Assembly: GCA_025356655.1 (NCBI GenBank)
Contig: JANXRW010000037.1
Coordinates: forward strand, 17,175 to 81,174
From: Betaproteobacteria bacterium
GTDB taxonomy: Bacteria; Pseudomonadota; Gammaproteobacteria; Burkholderiales; SHXO01
Direction of reading: 5' to 3'
Length of the DNA: 64,000 nt
This document shows, piece after piece, positions 37,356 through 51,208 of this stretch. Under the pieces are notes generated by a model. It had not been told where the DNA came from and did no database searches. It worked only from the letters and a program-made list of their open reading frames with translations. Numbering within the stretch: the stretch's first letter is position 1; every line of letters starts with the position of its first letter. The position numbers and the translations under genes were made by a program.

Positions 37356-39353
37356 ATGTCCCAGGAGCGAGGCCGACTGCGTCCCGGCATCCTGCACAGC
37401 CTCACCGCGGCCCTGGGAGCCATCCTCTTACCGCACGTAACGCACCTGCCCCTGTGGTGCTCGGCGGCCTGCGCGGCCTTCCTGGGACTGCGCACCATGC
37501 TCACCTGGCGCGGCCAGGCGAGTCCGGGGCGCTGGACCCTGGTGGCGCTGGCGCTCGCATGCGCGCTGGGAATCGCGCTTGGCTTTGGCGCAGCCTTCGG
37601 CCGTGACGCCTCCGTGGCACTGCTCGCCCTCATGCTGGGCCTAAAGTTGCTCGAGACGCAGTCGTCCCGAGATGCCACCGTGTGCATCTGCCTGGGCTAT
37701 TTCCTCATCATCACGAACTTTCTGTATTCCCAGACCATACCCACGGCGGCCTGCATGCTGGTCCTCATGATCTGGCTCACCGCCACGATGGTGAGCGCCC
37801 AGGATCGCACCGGCGCGCTCGGTCCAAAACAGTGTCTGCGCTTGGCCGGCACCCTGTTGCTGCAGGGCCTTCCGGTCATGCTCGTGCTCTTTCTCCTATT
37901 TCCCCGCATCAACGGCCCGCTCTGGGGTTTCCCGCAAGCCAACAATAGCAGCCTGACCGGGCTCTCTGACCGCATGTCTCCGGGCAGTATCAGCAATCTC
38001 GGACGCTCTGACGCGGTGGCGTTTCGCGTCGAATTTCAGTCACCCATGCCGTCCCCCGCTTCCCTTTACTGGCGTGGTCCCGTGCTCTGGGACTTCGATG
38101 GGCGGACCTGGAACGCCGCCGCGATGCTGTCCACGGCACCGATGCAGCACACGGCAAAGGGCCCAAGCATCAACTACACGGTCACCCTGGAACCGCACTC
38201 CCAGCGGTGGCTCTTCGCCATCGACCTGCCGCGCAACGTACCGGACGGTGTCCTGCTCACCGGTGACTACCAGTTGCTCGCCGAGCAACCCGTGCGCGCC
38301 CGTATCCGCTACGACATCTCATCGCACAGCAGCTACCAGTACGGACTGGAGGAAGCTCCCCAGGCGCTGGTGCGAGCGCTGCGCTTGCCCGAAGGCCTGA
38401 ATCCGCGCGCACGTGAACTGGCCCAGGCGCTCCTGGCAGCGCAACGCCAGCCCCAGGCGGTGGTGAACGAGGTGCTTCGCATGTTCCGTACGCAGCTCTT
38501 TTATTACACGTTGGAACCGCCGCCACTAGGTCGCCATTCCGTGGACGAGTTTCTGTTCCGCACCAAGCGCGGTTTCTGTGAACATTACGCCTCGGCCTTC
38601 GTCTTCCTCATGCGCGCCGCCGGCATCCCCGCGCGCGTGGTCACCGGCTACCAGGGCGGCGAGCTAAATCCGGTCGGTGACTACCTGATCGTGCGCCAAT
38701 CCGAGGCACATGCCTGGGCAGAGGTGTGGTTGCGCGGTCAGGGATGGGTACGCGTCGACCCGACGGCGGCCGTGTCGCCCGCCCGAATCCAGCGCGGCAT
38801 CGCCGCTGCGGTGCCGGAGGCCGACCCCCTCCCCCTCAGCGTGCGCGGCAACCTGGAAGCCCTGCGCAGCCTCGCCTTTACCTGGGACGCCGTGGCCAAC
38901 GCCTGGAACCAGTGGGTGTTGGGGTACTCTCCGGACCGGCAGATGGAACTGCTGCACGATCTGGGCCTCGCGCATCCCAACTGGCGCACGCTGGTGATCC
39001 TTGTCGTTGGGCTGATCAGCAGCGTACTGGGTGCACTCGCCTTCGTCATCCTGCTCCGATTGCGGCCGGCACCGGGCGATCCCGTCGAGCAACTGTGGAA
39101 GCGCTTCTGCGCCAAGCTTGCCCGCGCGGGAGCCCCTCGGCGGATCTCCGAGGGGCCGCAAGACTTCGCCCAGCGCGCGGCGAAGCGCTTGCCATCCATG
39201 GGAAAGGAGATCGCGGCCATCACGCAATGCTACATCGGCCTGCGCTACGCGGACCCGGGTCCTCGCCCACAGGAAGCCCATCCGAAGGAAGTGAGAAGGC
39301 TTCAGGCGTTGATTCGCCACCTAAGGCCCGGTCGAGGCCCACCCAGGACCTAG
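37356..39353 (+). CDS. Transglutaminase-like membrane protein (DUF3488 plus transglutaminase core; TgpA-like)
   Basis: It has a polytopic N-terminus. The Cys-His-Asp core reads RGFCEHYASAFVFLMRAAGIPARVVTGYQGGE...SEAHAWAEVWLRGQGWVRVDPT. Confidence 0.88.
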   Translation: MSQERGRLRPGILHSLTAALGAILLPHVTHLPLWCSAACAAFLGLRTMLTWRGQASPGRWTLVALALACALGIALGFGAAFGRDASVALLALMLGLKLLETQSSRDATVCICLGYFLIITNFLYSQTIPTAACMLVLMIWLTATMVSAQDRTGALGPKQCLRLAGTLLLQGLPVMLVLFLLFPRINGPLWGFPQANNSSLTGLSDRMSPGSISNLGRSDAVAFRVEFQSPMPSPASLYWRGPVLWDFDGRTWNAAAMLSTAPMQHTAKGPSINYTVTLEPHSQRWLFAIDLPRNVPDGVLLTGDYQLLAEQPVRARIRYDISSHSSYQYGLEEAPQALVRALRLPEGLNPRARELAQALLAAQRQPQAVVNEVLRMFRTQLFYYTLEPPPLGRHSVDEFLFRTKRGFCEHYASAFVFLMRAAGIPARVVTGYQGGELNPVGDYLIVRQSEAHAWAEVWLRGQGWVRVDPTAAVSPARIQRGIAAAVPEADPLPLSVRGNLEALRSLAFTWDAVANAWNQWVLGYSPDRQMELLHDLGLAHPNWRTLVILVVGLISSVLGALAFVILLRLRPAPGDPVEQLWKRFCAKLARAGAPRRISEGPQDFAQRAAKRLPSMGKEIAAITQCYIGLRYADPGPRPQEAHPKEVRRLQALIRHLRPGRGPPRT

Positions 39354-39363
39354 GCCGCGCGGC

Positions 39364-40386
39364 TCAACTACCCGGAAGGATCGACACTGGGTCGACGGGC
39401 TTACCCAGTCGCCTCAACTCGAAATGCAAGCTTGGGTGCCCGGGCTCCACCTCACCCATCTCGGCCACGGGTTGGCCCCGTCTGACCATGTCGCCCTCCT
39501 TCACCAGCAGCGCGCGGTTGTTCGCATAGACGCTCAGGTAGGTGGGATTGTGACGCAGGATGAGTAGTGGCCCGTAGCCGCGCAACCCGGTCCCGCTGTA
39601 TACAACGCGCCCGGACGCAGCCGCCCCCACGGCCTGCCCGGCTTGGCCACCGATGACGATGCCCTTGGGGTTCGATCCCGTACCAAAGGCGCGCAGCAGC
39701 GGCCCGGAGACCGGCCAGGACCACTCCACGACGCCCATGGGAGAGCCGGGCGCCGAGGGCGCGGCTGCAACGGCCGTAGGCGGGCCTGCGGGAAATGGCG
39801 CCGCGCTGCCCGGGGTGGGAGTGGGGGTAGGGGTGGACCTGGAGGGCAAGGCCGATACGGCGTCCGTGGCAGGGGCGACAGGCGAAGTGCTCAGCCGGGC
39901 AAGCGCCTCGTCTGAGTAGGGTACGCGTACAGCCTTGGGTTCGCGCCGCACGGACGCGGCGGCAACCGGTGAGCCGCCGAACTGGGGCTGGGCCGGCAAC
40001 GGCTGTACGGTCGGTGCAGCCGGGATTGCTGCCGGGCCCGGCGCCAGCGGGGCCATGCTGCCCAATGGCGCGGAGGAAGGAGGAACGAGACGAATCCGCT
40101 GACCGACGAGGATGCGGTTGACGTCGGCGAGTTTGTTCCAAACCGCCACGTCGTGGTAGTCGAGGCCGGCGTCGAGCGCGATGCCGTAGAGAGTGTCCCC
40201 ACGGCGGACCGTATAGGTGGTCGGTCGCGCATCGGTGTCCGCTGCTGACGGCTCCTGCCCGTGCGCGGCTTCTTGGCGCGCCACCCGGCTGCGATGGGCA
40301 TGGTCGGAGTCGGCCACCGGCGCGCGCGTGCCTGAACAGGCGGCCAACAGCAAACCGACAACGGCGCCGGTAGCGCGTCGCCTCAC
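39364..40386 (-). CDS. nlpD: LysM plus M23 peptidase lipoprotein NlpD
   Basis: - GTG start at 40386, in a GTGA overlap with the pcm stop.
- Lipobox LLLAAC.
- Lys[19 protein letters not shown].
- Pro/Ala linker.
- M23 domain ...[21 protein letters not shown]...HLHFELR-like (SLHFELRR).
The 463-aa ORF in the track is an upstream over-extension. Confidence 0.85.
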   Translation of the reverse strand: MRRRATGAVVGLLLAACSGTRAPVADSDHAHRSRVARQEAAHGQEPSAADTDARPTTYTVRRGDTLYGIALDAGLDYHDVAVWNKLADVNRILVGQRIRLVPPSSAPLGSMAPLAPGPAAIPAAPTVQPLPAQPQFGGSPVAAASVRREPKAVRVPYSDEALARLSTSPVAPATDAVSALPSRSTPTPTPTPGSAAPFPAGPPTAVAAAPSAPGSPMGVVEWSWPVSGPLLRAFGTGSNPKGIVIGGQAGQAVGAAASGRVVYSGTGLRGYGPLLILRHNPTYLSVYANNRALLVKEGDMVRRGQPVAEMGEVEPGHPSLHFELRRLGKPVDPVSILPGS

Positions 40387-41042
40387 GACGGCGCACCCAG
40401 GACCATGGGCACGAAGCGCACGGGGTCCAGGGTCGTCTGCGTGTAGGACTGTTCGGTGCGCTCGATGAGCGTCAGGAATTGATCCCGAGTCCCCATCGGC
40501 ATCACCAGCCGGCCGCCCACGGCGAGTTGCTCGAGCAGGGCCTCGGGTACGTGGGTCGCCGCCGCCGCAAGGATGATGGCATCGAAGGGAGCAGACTCCT
40601 TCATTCCCAGGTGGCCGTCGGCGTGCTTCAGGCGCACGTTCTGAATGCGCAATTCCCGCAGGTTGAGCCGCGCCTTCATCACCAGTTGGGAAATTCGCTC
40701 CACCGACCATACCTCGGTGGCCAGCCGGGAAAGCACCGCGGCCTGGTATCCACATCCGGTGCCGACCTCCAGTGCCCGTCCGATAGTCCGACCGGAACGG
40801 GCCATCTCCAGCATTCGCGCCACGATGCGTGGACTGGAGATGGTCTGGCCAAAACCGATGGGAAGCGCCAACTCCTCGTAGGCGCGGTGCGCCAGCGCCT
40901 CATCCACGAAGATGTGTCGCGGGATCTCGCTCATGGCGGCGAGCAGGATCTCGTCGCGCACGCCCTGGTCGCGCAAACGCTCCACCATGCGCAGGCGGGT
41001 GCGCTGCGAGGTCATGCCAATGCCCGCGTGCCGATTGTCCAT
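40383..41042 (-). CDS. pcm: Protein-L-isoaspartate O-methyltransferase
   Basis: It carries [14 protein letters not shown] and the SAM motif [19 protein letters not shown] 41042 is preferred because it lies after the surE stop; ATG 41126 is possible. Confidence 0.9.
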   Translation of the reverse strand: MDNRHAGIGMTSQRTRLRMVERLRDQGVRDEILLAAMSEIPRHIFVDEALAHRAYEELALPIGFGQTISSPRIVARMLEMARSGRTIGRALEVGTGCGYQAAVLSRLATEVWSVERISQLVMKARLNLRELRIQNVRLKHADGHLGMKESAPFDAIILAAAATHVPEALLEQLAVGGRLVMPMGTRDQFLTLIERTEQSYTQTTLDPVRFVPMVLGAPS

Positions 41043-41079
41043 GCCAGGTCCGGTGCGCCGCGCTAGGGCAGGCGCGGCC

Positions 41080-41862
41080 TCACGCGGCTCCAGGGACGCC
41101 CAGCGCCGCCGAGGCAGTGCCGACACCGAGCCACTGGCCTAGTTCGCCGAGCGCGAGATACTGCGTCAGATCGATCTGCAAGGGGGTCACGGAAACCCAG
41201 TTGTTCGCCACCGCGTGGAAGTCCGTCCCCTCCCCTGCGTCCTGCGCATCACCCGCCGCCCCCACCCAGTAGACCGTCTCGCCGCGCGGGTTAGTCCCGC
41301 GGACCACGGGTTCAGCGCGGTGACGACGCCCGAGGCGTGTCACGCGCTGACCGTGCAAATCGGCGAAGGGCACGTCCGGGACGTTCACATTGAGCAGCAT
41401 GGGCCGCGACGGCGGGTTGGCCTGGAACTTCTGCACGAGTTGGGCCGCCACGCGCGCGGCCGTGTCGAAGTTGCCTCCCGCTCTGCCCGCCAGTGACACC
41501 GCCAGCGAGGGAACGCCCAACAGGAATCCCTCCGTGGCAGCCGCGACCGTACCCGAGTAGATCGTGTCGTCTCCCATGTTGGCACCGTGGTTGACCCCTG
41601 AGACCACCATGTCCGGCAACTCGTCGAGCATGCCCGTCACCGCCAAGTGAACGCAATCCGTGGGGGTTCCATTCACATAGTGGAATCCGTTGGGTGACTG
41701 CCGCAACATCAGTGGACGGTCCAGGGTGAGCGAGTTGCTCGCGCCGCTACGATCGCGCTCCGGCGCGACCACCACGACCGTTGCGATAGCCGATAGCGCA
41801 CGCTCCAGCGCGGCCAACCCTGGGGCAAAATAGCCGTCGTCGTTGCTGAGAAGGATTCGCAT
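41080..41862 (-). CDS. surE: 5'/3'-nucleotidase SurE
   Basis: It starts [16 protein letters not shown] and carries [29 protein letters not shown]. Confidence 0.95.
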   Translation of the reverse strand: MRILLSNDDGYFAPGLAALERALSAIATVVVVAPERDRSGASNSLTLDRPLMLRQSPNGFHYVNGTPTDCVHLAVTGMLDELPDMVVSGVNHGANMGDDTIYSGTVAAATEGFLLGVPSLAVSLAGRAGGNFDTAARVAAQLVQKFQANPPSRPMLLNVNVPDVPFADLHGQRVTRLGRRHRAEPVVRGTNPRGETVYWVGAAGDAQDAGEGTDFHAVANNWVSVTPLQIDLTQYLALGELGQWLGVGTASAALGVPGAA

Positions 41863-42107
41863 TGCGTCCTGGAAGAAAATCCGGATCGGCCTGCCTCGCG
41901 CCGGTCCGCGAGGGCGAGCGCCCGAACCGCGCGGCTACGCGGCGCGGATCACGCCGATCTATTTCGGCAAGGTTCGATTATAACCGAGGCACTACCCGCC
42001 AAACAGCGCCAGGACCGTGCACACGTCTCAAGACGGGCGCATGCCCGCCGATATACGTCACGTTCCGGCAGTTGACCGCTGGCCAACCGTCCCCCCAAAA
42101 AAAGACG

Positions 42108-45223
<3,116 letters not shown>

Positions 45224-45227
<4 letters not shown>

Positions 45228-47377
45228 CGCCAGTTAATCGCCCCCCCGACCAGGCCCTTGCGCTCATCGTCGATGACGACCCGATGATGCGCCTGCTGAT
45301 TCGGGGCACGCTGGAGCAAACCGGCTTCCACTGCGAGGAGGCCAGCGATGGCGCCGAGGCCCTTCGCGCCTTCGCCCGACTGCGGCCTGACGTAGTGCTC
45401 CTGGACCTGCTCATGCCGGGCATGGACGGCTTCGAAGCCTGTGCCGCCATACGAGCGATGCCCTTGGGGAACCGCGTCCCCATTCTCGTGCTCACGGGTC
45501 TGGAGGATACGAGCTCCATCAACCGCGCCTATGAGATCGGGGCGACCGACTTCCTCAGCAAGCCCATCAATTGGGGGATCCTGAGCCACCGCGTCCGCTA
45601 CATCCTGCGCGCGGGCAGGGCCTTCCAGGAGGCCGATAGCCACAAGGCCAGCCTGGAGAACGCACAACGCATCGCCCACCTGGGCAGCTGGGAATGGGAC
45701 CTGCGCAACGAACGAGTGGAATATTCCGCCGAGAGCCGCCGGTTACTCGGACTCGAAGAGCCCGCCGCTCGCAGCGGGATCGAACGACTGCTCGAGCGCG
45801 TCCACCCGGAAGACCTCGCCAGTGCCGAAGAGGCGCTTCGCGAGTTGCGCGAGTGCGGCGATATGAGTGCGCGACTGCTGCGTGTACAGGTCCCCAACGG
45901 GCCGCTGCGCCACGTACGCCTTCAGGGCAGTGCGCTGCCCCTACCCCCGGAGGTCGCAACGCATCTCTCCGGTACGCTGCTCGACGTCACCGAACTGAGA
46001 GAGGCGGAACAACATATCCGCACATTGGCCTATTTCGACGAAACCACCCAGTTGCCCAATCGCGAGTATTTCACCGACATGCTCAACCGAGCGTTGGGCG
46101 AAGCCCGTCGGCATCAGCGCCAATTGGCGGTGATGTGTCTGGACCTGGACCAATTCAAGCGTATCAATACCTCGTTAGGACATGCCGCAGGCAATGAGCT
46201 GCTCGCAGCCGCTGCATCGCGCATCAGCGACGCCCTCCGTCGGGGCGATGGCATCGCTAGGCCCGGCGGCGAAGTCACGCGCGAAGGCGAGGGAGCAGAA
46301 CTACTGGCGCGGTTGAATGGCGACGAGTTCAGCGTGTTGCTCCCCGAGGTGGAACGCTACCAGGACGCCGCCAAAGTTGCCGTGCGCGTGCTCCGGCGCC
46401 TGCACGACCCCTTCACCGTCTCCGGCCAGGAGGTCTTCATCTCCGCTAGCGTAGGGCTGGCGATCCACCCAACCGATGGCGATGACAGCGAGACGCTGAT
46501 GCGTAATGCCGGCGCTGCCATGCACTTCGCCAAGGACCAGGGGCGGGACAACTACCAGTACTTCAGCCAGGCGATGAACGCCGCGGCGGTGGAAAAGCTC
46601 TCGCTCGAGAGCCAACTGCGCCACGCCCTGGAGCGCGGTGAACTGTTCCTCGTCTACCAGCCGAAAGTCGAGTTAGCCACCAACCGCATCATCGGCGTCG
46701 AGGCGTTGATCCGCTGGCGCCACCCAGACTTAGGGATTGTACCGCCCAACCAATTCATCCCAGTGGCCGAGGAAACCGGGCTTATCATTCCCATCGGCGA
46801 CTGGGTGATCCGCGAGGCGTCCCGGCAAAACCGAGCCTGGCAACGAGCAGGGCTGCCCCCCGTCCACGTGGCGGTCAACATCGCCAGTTCCCACTTTCGC
46901 CAGGGCGGTCTTCTCGACAGCGTGCAGGCGGCGCTGGAGGAAAGCGGCCTGCCAGGGGACATGCTGGAACTGGAAGTTACTGAAAGCATGCTCATGCAGA
47001 ACTTGGACCAGACGCTCGCATCCCTTGGGCGCCTGAAAGACATGGGACTGCGGCTAGCCATCGATGATTTCGGCACGGGCTATTCGTCCCTGGCCTACCT
47101 CAAACGCTTCCCCCTAGACACGCTAAAAATCGACCGCTCCTTTATCCGCGACCTGCCGGGGGAGCGCCAGGACCGTGCCATTGTAAGAGCCGTGATCGGG
47201 CTGGCCGAGAGCCTCTCCATGTCCATCGTCGCCGAGGGCGTGGAAGAAGCGGCGCAACTGGAGTTTTTGATACGGCAGGGTTGCTACTGCGTGCAGGGGT
47301 ACATCTTTAGCCGCCCAGTGGGCCCCACCGAGATCGAAGCGCTACTGCGCTCAGGCCCGCTCTACCCGCAGTCCTAA
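45224..47377 (+). CDS. Response regulator REC-PAS-GGDEF(NGDEF)-EAL, probable c-di-GMP phosphodiesterase
   Basis: ATGA overlap with the kinase stop.
- REC: [10 protein letters not shown]...[12 protein letters not shown].
- GGDEF-domain A-site reads RLNGDEF.
- The EAL domain looks intact ([26 protein letters not shown]). Confidence 0.88.
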
Positions 47378-47389
47378 CCACGCCCCCCC

Positions 47390-47701
47390 TCAGTCGCCAG
47401 CGGGCAGCGTTGCCGCGTCGATGATTTCCACTTGATTGCCCGACGGGTCGGACACGTAGACGGAGGCGGTACCGTCACGGTGGGTCTGCAGCGCGCCGAA
47501 CCGTGAGGCGGCCTTCATGGCAACGCCCAGATGTGGCGGATGCGCTCCCGGTTGAACCAACGCGAGGCGGATGTTGGAAAAGCGAAGCAAGGCCCAGGTT
47601 GCGTCCTGGTACTCGACGTCACAGTCCAACTGCTCAACGTACCAACGCACGGTCGCAGGAACATCCGAGGCTTCGATGGCCACGTGGTGGAGGCTGCGCA
47701 T
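47390..47701 (-). CDS. VOC/glyoxalase-fold protein
   Basis: 103 aa. It reads LHHVAIEASDV...GAHPPHLGV...VYVSDPSGNQVEII. Confidence 0.7.
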   Translation of the reverse strand: MRSLHHVAIEASDVPATVRWYVEQLDCDVEYQDATWALLRFSNIRLALVQPGAHPPHLGVAMKAASRFGALQTHRDGTASVYVSDPSGNQVEIIDAATLPAGD

Positions 47702-47704
47702 GGG

Positions 47705-48250
47705 CTAGGGCTTCTCCACGAGCAAGGCCTCGAGGCGGGCGACGAGTTCGCTACCTTCCGGCTGGCTGCGGGCGGCAAAGCTAAACGCGCGCTTACCGTC
47801 ACGAGCCACGAGGTACTTGTGGAAATTCCACTCGGGGACCTGCCCGGTGAGCTTGCCGAGTTTCCCGAACACGGCGTTGGCGTCTGCCCCCACCACGTGC
47901 GTCTTCTCCACCAGCGGAAACCGCACATCATAGGTGAACTGGCAAAAGTCCTTGATCTGATCGTTCGTGCCAGGCTCCTGCCCTCCGAAGTCATTGGCGG
48001 GAAAGCCAACGACAACCAAACCTTGCGCCTGGTACTTGCGGTAGAGGGCCTCAAGCCCCTTGTACTGGGGTGTGTTCCCGCAGTAGCTGGCCGTGTTCAC
48101 CACCAGCACCACCTTGCCCGAGAACTGGCACATGTCCAGGGCTTTCCCCTGTAGGCTGTTGAACCGATGGTCGAGCAGTTCAGGGCAGGCGGCGCTCGCG
48201 GCACCTGGAAGCGCCAGGCCCATTAGACAAAGTACGGTCAGAGTGTTCAT
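47705..48250 (-). CDS. Glutathione peroxidase (Cys-type) with signal peptide
   Basis: It carries VVLVVNTASYCGNTPQYKGLEALYRKY, GFPANDFGGQEPG and WNFHKYLV motifs, plus an N-terminal signal (...PGAASA). Confidence 0.9.
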   Translation of the reverse strand: MNTLTVLCLMGLALPGAASAACPELLDHRFNSLQGKALDMCQFSGKVVLVVNTASYCGNTPQYKGLEALYRKYQAQGLVVVGFPANDFGGQEPGTNDQIKDFCQFTYDVRFPLVEKTHVVGADANAVFGKLGKLTGQVPEWNFHKYLVARDGKRAFSFAARSQPEGSELVARLEALLVEKP

Positions 48251-48397
48251 GCGAAGATTGTCTCCTAATTGGGCACCTGTCTATGACCATCGGCTCCGGG
48301 GGCGAGTTCCACCGCCCAAGTAGCAGTTCCCTAGCGCCGATCTTGAGAACGAGCGCCCGTCCGTCACACCTCTCCCCAACCCCTCGCCGAGCCCCCC

Positions 48398-48889
48398 ATG
48401 CGCGAGTCCTTCCCCGGATTCACCTTAATCGAACTGCTGGTGGTGCTCGCCATCATCGCGATCCTCGCCCTCATGGCGGCACCGGTCTATACCAACAAAT
48501 TGGTGAGCAATCAGATCGTCACGGCACTGCCCCTGGCGGACATCGCCAAGGGCCCGGTCGCTGCTGCCTGGGCTGCCGCCCAAGCCTTCCCTGCGGACAA
48601 TGGCGCCGCCGGGCTGCCGAGCCCGGACCGGATCGTCAACAACCAGATCAGTTCGGTGACCATTGCAGACGGAGCCATTCACGTGACCTTCGGCAACAAC
48701 GTGCACGCACTGCTGCGCGGAAAGATTCTGACCCTGCGCCCGGCGGTGGTGGAAGACGCCCCAGTCGTGCCGGTCACCTGGGTCTGTGGTAACGCCACCG
48801 CGCCCGACAAAATGACCATCAAGGGCGAGAACAAGACAACGATTGCCACTGCCTACCTACCGTTGAACTGTCGCGCGGCGACCGGCTAG
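48398..48889 (+). CDS. Type IVa pilin (major-pilin type)
   Basis: It has the prepilin leader MRESFPG/FTLIELLVVLAIIAILALMAAPVY and a C-terminal disulfide loop C...C (WVCGNATAPDK...LPLNC). No obvious SD is present. Confidence 0.88.
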   Translation: MRESFPGFTLIELLVVLAIIAILALMAAPVYTNKLVSNQIVTALPLADIAKGPVAAAWAAAQAFPADNGAAGLPSPDRIVNNQISSVTIADGAIHVTFGNNVHALLRGKILTLRPAVVEDAPVVPVTWVCGNATAPDKMTIKGENKTTIATAYLPLNCRAATG

Positions 48890-48949
48890 TGTGTCGCCAG
48901 GGTTGCCGGGGAGGCCTCCGGAAGAGGCTTCCCCCCGTGAGCGGGTATT

Positions 48950-50057
48950 CGATCAGGTCGCGCACTGGCCGGATCTCTGAGCCGAAGGGAAGCGCCTCCG
49001 AGCCCCGGTGAGAAGAGCCCCTTGCGCACATCCCCGTGCAGCGCGGCGCTGAGTTGCCTGTCGATGCAGAACTGCCCGCTGCGCGCCAGTCCAGCGCGCA
49101 GCCCGCACTGGATCAGACAGTCGAAACCCAGGGTGCAGCGCTCCTTTTAAGGCCGGGTGCGACTGCAGGTAGCCCTCCAGCCAAGGTGTGCGCACCGCCC
49201 TTGCCGGCAGGCCGGCAACACTCATGAAGGTGACGATATCCTCGGGCCGGGCCTCGGCAAGCACCCGCTTGAAGTTGGGATGGGCATCGCCCTACACGCC
49301 GACGGCAGAGGCGGTGCCCAGTTGCACCGCTCCTGCGCCGAGGCCGAGGAGTTCGCGCAGGCGGGCGTGGCTGTTGATGCCGCCGGCCGGAATCAAAGGG
49401 ATGCCTTCGCGCTTCACGCCTAGATCCGTAAAAACCTGGAACACGGCTTCGAGCACGCTCTCGAAGTCAAAGCGCGGGTCGGACACATCCTTGAGTTGGG
49501 CAGCGCCCAGGTGCCCTCCTGCGTAACGCGGGTGCTCGATCACGAGCGCATCGGGCAGGTGTCCTTGGCGTTGCCACTTACGCAGCAATAGGCTGACCCC
49601 GCGGGCGTCGGAGAGGATAGGTACGAGCGCGACCCCAGGATGCTCAGCCGCCAAATCGGGCAAATCCAGCGGCAGTCCGGCACTCACGACGATCGCCTGC
49701 GCCCCGCTCTCGCAAGCGCGGCGCACGTAGACCGGATACTCGGACACCGCCCGCATGACATTGACCACCACCGCACCTCGCCCCGCCGCCAGTTCCAGCG
49801 CCGCGCGCACCTCGCGATCAAGCGCCACCAAGTTGGCGCGGTCAATGAGCGCCTTGTCTAGGCTCCTGCCCTTGCTGGCCATCAAATCCGGGTAGTGCCG
49901 ACGAAGGTCGATGCAGGAGATGGTTCCCATCCCCCCCCCGCGCCGCGACGGAACCCGCGAGCCGGTAAGCAGACACGCCTACACCCATGCCACGCTGAAC
50001 GATGGGAAGCAGCGCCAGTTTCTTGAGCTGTAGCAGGGGCGAATCGGTGTGAAGCAT
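48950..50057 (-). pseudogene. Nitronate monooxygenase (NMO/2-nitropropane dioxygenase family), multiply disrupted
   Basis: The N-terminus is MLHTDSPLLQLKKLALLPIVQRGMGVGVSAYRLAGSVAARGG.
- Frameshift in a G9 run (plus-strand C9 at 49931-49939).
- The reading continues MGTIS...IPAGGINSHARLRELLGLGAGAVQLGTAS.
- In-frame TAG (49292-49294).
- Two further frameshifts (~49135-49150 and ~49000-49015), leading to ...CLIQCGLRAGLARSGQFCIDRQL... and ...EIRPVRDLIEYPLTG.
The 3' limit is approximate. Confidence 0.8.
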
Positions 50058-50223
50058 AGCTGAGGCACCTGGGCCGAGAGGAGTGAGCCCCCCCCAAGAC
50101 AGCCCTGGCGCCACCCACCCCCTTTGACCTCGGTCTAGCCGCCGCGGATCACCGGGGGGCGCTGTGGGCGCCGGTGCGTCGCCGTGGACAGCCTGACAGT
50201 TCCCCGCACAGGGGCGTCAACGG

Positions 50224-50239
50224 GGTTCGGTACCGAACC
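50224..50239. repeat. Perfect 16-bp palindrome GGTTCGGTACCGAACC
   Basis: Read directly. It lies just upstream of a TTGACG hexamer, about 170 nt upstream of the NMO pseudogene start. Confidence 0.6.
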
Positions 50240-50260
50240 GTAGCCAGCCAAGGCAGCCGC

Positions 50261-50289
50261 CAAACAGAAAGGCCGACGCAAGGTCGGCC
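50261..50289 (-). terminator. Rho-independent terminator downstream of tRNA-Pro
   Basis: Stem GGCCGAC (50271-50277) / GTCGGCC (50283-50289), followed on the minus sense by TTTCTGTTT. Confidence 0.7.
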
Positions 50290-50403
50290 CAATCTTTTGG
50301 TGGCAGGCCTTTTGGTGCTAGGCGCTGGCGCTGGCCCTTCCACTCCCGCGACGCTCGGCCCAACTTCAACGGGCCCAGTGATCGGAAAATCACTCTAATT
50401 CGG

Positions 50404-50480
<77 letters not shown>

Positions 50481-50531
50481 ACTGACAGCAATTATACCAG
50501 AACCCTGGGCAATTCCACCTGCCCTACTCCC

Positions 50532-50912
50532 CTAGCGAAGAGAATCAATGACCCTCTTCAACTCGCTGCGCAATTCCTCCAACGCAGCCGCATCAACCTC
50601 GGGCGTTTGGGGCTCCGCCGGTCGGTCCGCGGCGGCCTCCCCACCCGACTGGTCTAGGCGGTGCCGCGCGCCGTTGATGGTGAAACCATCGTCGTACAGT
50701 AGCTGCCGGATGCGCCGGATGAGCAACACCTCGTGATGCTGGTAGTAGCGCCGGTTTCCACGTCGCTTCACCGGCTTCAGCTGGGTGAACTCTTGCTCCC
50801 AGTAGCGCAGCACGTGCGGCTTTACCCCGCAGAGCTCACCGACTTCACCAATGGTGAAATAGCGCTTTGCGGGGATACTAGGAAGGCTAGGCGCCTTCGG
50901 TCTCTCTTCCAT
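50532..50912 (-). CDS. MerR-family transcriptional regulator
   Basis: The HTH reads [40 protein letters not shown]. This is the conserved position after ihfA. Confidence 0.85.
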   Translation of the reverse strand: MEERPKAPSLPSIPAKRYFTIGEVGELCGVKPHVLRYWEQEFTQLKPVKRRGNRRYYQHHEVLLIRRIRQLLYDDGFTINGARHRLDQSGGEAAADRPAEPQTPEVDAAALEELRSELKRVIDSLR

Positions 50913-51198
50913 GGTAGTTGCGATCCACTATCGCCTTCAGCTTCTGGCTCGCGTGGAAGGTCACCACCCGCCGCGCCGTAATAGGGATCTCTTCGCCCGT
51001 CTTCGGATTCCTACCCGGGCGCTGGGGCTTGTCCCGCAGTTGGAAATTCCCAAAGCCAGACAACTTGACGCCGTCGCCAGCCTCGAGCGCGCTGCGAACT
51101 TCCTCGAAAAAGCGCTCGACCATGTCCTTTGCTTCGCGCTTGTTTAAGCCCACCTTCTCGAACAGGAGATCGGCCAAGTCCGCCTTGGTCAAGGTCAT
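50887..51198 (-). CDS. ihfA: Integration host factor subunit alpha
   Basis: ATG 51198. It reads [34 protein letters not shown]...[26 protein letters not shown]. Confidence 0.95.
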   Translation of the reverse strand: MTLTKADLADLLFEKVGLNKREAKDMVERFFEEVRSALEAGDGVKLSGFGNFQLRDKPQRPGRNPKTGEEIPITARRVVTFHASQKLKAIVDRNYHGRETEGA

Positions 51199-51208
51199 CC
51201 CCGCAACC

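Noticed and set aside
39364-40755. A 463-aa version of the nlpD ORF, and the 934-aa version (44573-47377) of the REC-GGDEF-EAL ORF.
   Set aside because: The upstream extensions overlap the preceding genes (pcm; the hybrid kinase) in another frame and are Arg/Pro-rich. Proper starts with GTGA/ATGA coupling and a lipobox or receiver domain lie at 40386 and 45224.
48251-48397. A sigma-54 promoter upstream of the pilin gene (TTGGGCACCTGTCTATGA).
   Set aside because: GG-N10-GC spacing cannot be satisfied. The -12 element reads TATG rather than TTGC.
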